A stretch of 61,839 bases of DNA, filler included, from Hausera hauseri (Eukaryota), in NCBI GenBank assembly GCA_046269625.1. It is 10 parts of 10 records of this genome, joined end to end, with 100 filler letters (N's around TTAATTAATTAA, not from the genome) between each part and the next. Parts side by side here need not be neighbours in the genome. Positions count along the whole stretch, not along the records: positions 56,507 to 61,839 come from JBJURY010276840.1; 9 more parts are not named here. One strand, 5' to 3'. Below, piece after piece: positions 61,056 to 61,839 of this stretch. The notes below the pieces were generated by a model that ran no database searches, had not been told where the DNA came from, and saw nothing but the letters and a program-made list of their open reading frames with translations. A program made the position numbers and the translations under genes. Within the stretch, counting starts at the first letter, position 1. Each line of letters starts with the position of its first letter.

Positions 61056-61839
61056 GTTGGATTTGACGGAAATGAAGAGTTAGACTGGTTGTGGTACCGT
61101 ACGGAAATTCAATAAGGTAGCCCACGTCACATTGGATATTCACTTCAAAATTGTTTATAGATGAAGATGCCACAGGTAGGTACATTGGATTATCGAGATT
61201 GAAAGTGACATTGTCACTGGCAGTATACTTTCTGCTTTCCGGATAAATTGCACGGAGTAGCGGTACACGTACTCCAATGACAAAAATCGGTTCGGTGGCA
61301 TTCACGTAAATGTACATTTGACTTAGTCCCGTTTTCAGTTTGGGTTTGAGTGTTGCAACATATGCCGCCGCCGTCGTCTATGTCTCAAACCATTGTTTTT
61401 CAAAACCCAATACCATGGCCAAAGCTTTGTCCAATAAAATGTCAGTAATATCCTTAGCTAGTTCAAATTTAATGTACCATTTGCATCTTATTCGAAAACT
61501 TTAAATATCACCTTGTACATTTGATTTGAAAAAAGTGTTGACATAGATGTGCTACAGATTCGCAATAGACATTGTCTCCAATCAATACATATGAATTTGT
61601 CACCCTTTCTGTTGTATAGGTAAATTTCACCGTCGTTTGGTAATATAGGGGACTTAATCTAGGAGCAACTATATTTTTACATTTAATATTTGTACCTTTG
61701 TACTCTGTATTTCTGTCTCCAAATTTATTTGTTATTTTAATATGAGCCATCTCCAAGGACTCAAAGGTAACAGTAAATTGAAAATCTGCAATAAAATGTA
61801 AGTATTCCCCTAAAATAAAAACACCAATCTTGCCGTATA
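61048..61839 (-). pseudogene. Minor capsid protein (penton), frameshifted; 5' end off the window
   Basis: MYIYVN..EP..VPLLRAI..NPMYLPV..I..FEVNI..G..IEFPYG.T.LTLHFR is the conserved Polinton penton C-terminus. Confidence 0.88.

Noticed and set aside
1-61839. A single giant-virus genome or one integrated system spanning the window
   Set aside because: No NCLDV core genes were recognised. The contigs contain several independent decayed pPolBs, host genes from more than one organism and ordinary transposons.

Overview
This window is not one locus. It is ten unrelated eukaryotic contigs (1-5050, 5151-9823, 9924-15050, 15151-20855, 20956-28388, 28489-37029, 37130-46594, 46695-51291, 51392-56406, 56507-61839) joined by artificial 100-nt N44-TTAATTAATTAA-N44 linkers, so adjacency across a linker means nothing. 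The common theme is endogenous Polinton/Maverick (adintovirus-like) DNA. There are six protein-primed PolB copies or fragments, mostly pseudogenised, of the vOTU plus EndoVII type. There is also a decayed virion module (penton, membrane-lytic peptide, major capsid protein, adenain) and a nearly intact accessory arm in contig 1. Other content: a NeSL/Utopia-like non-LTR element with two Ulp1-like domains; an LTR element with Gag, a ubiquitin-like domain and a chuvirus-like Env but no Pol; mariner, Tc1, RTE, Penelope and MULE remnants; invertebrate gene pieces (spen, ZNF341-like, GPS domain, a mini-intron gene); two vertebrate (probably teleost) setd3 exons; and a tRNA-Ser(AGA). Most notable: (1) a non-histone gene on the Polinton-like contig ends in two tandem histone-mRNA-type 3' stem-loops and carries seven LC8-like motifs, suggesting hijack of the SLBP pathway; (2) the Pol-less Gag-UBL-Env retroelement; (3) a Cys/His module on the N-terminus of PolB in three separate contigs. 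All family calls come from motif recognition by eye; no database search was run.
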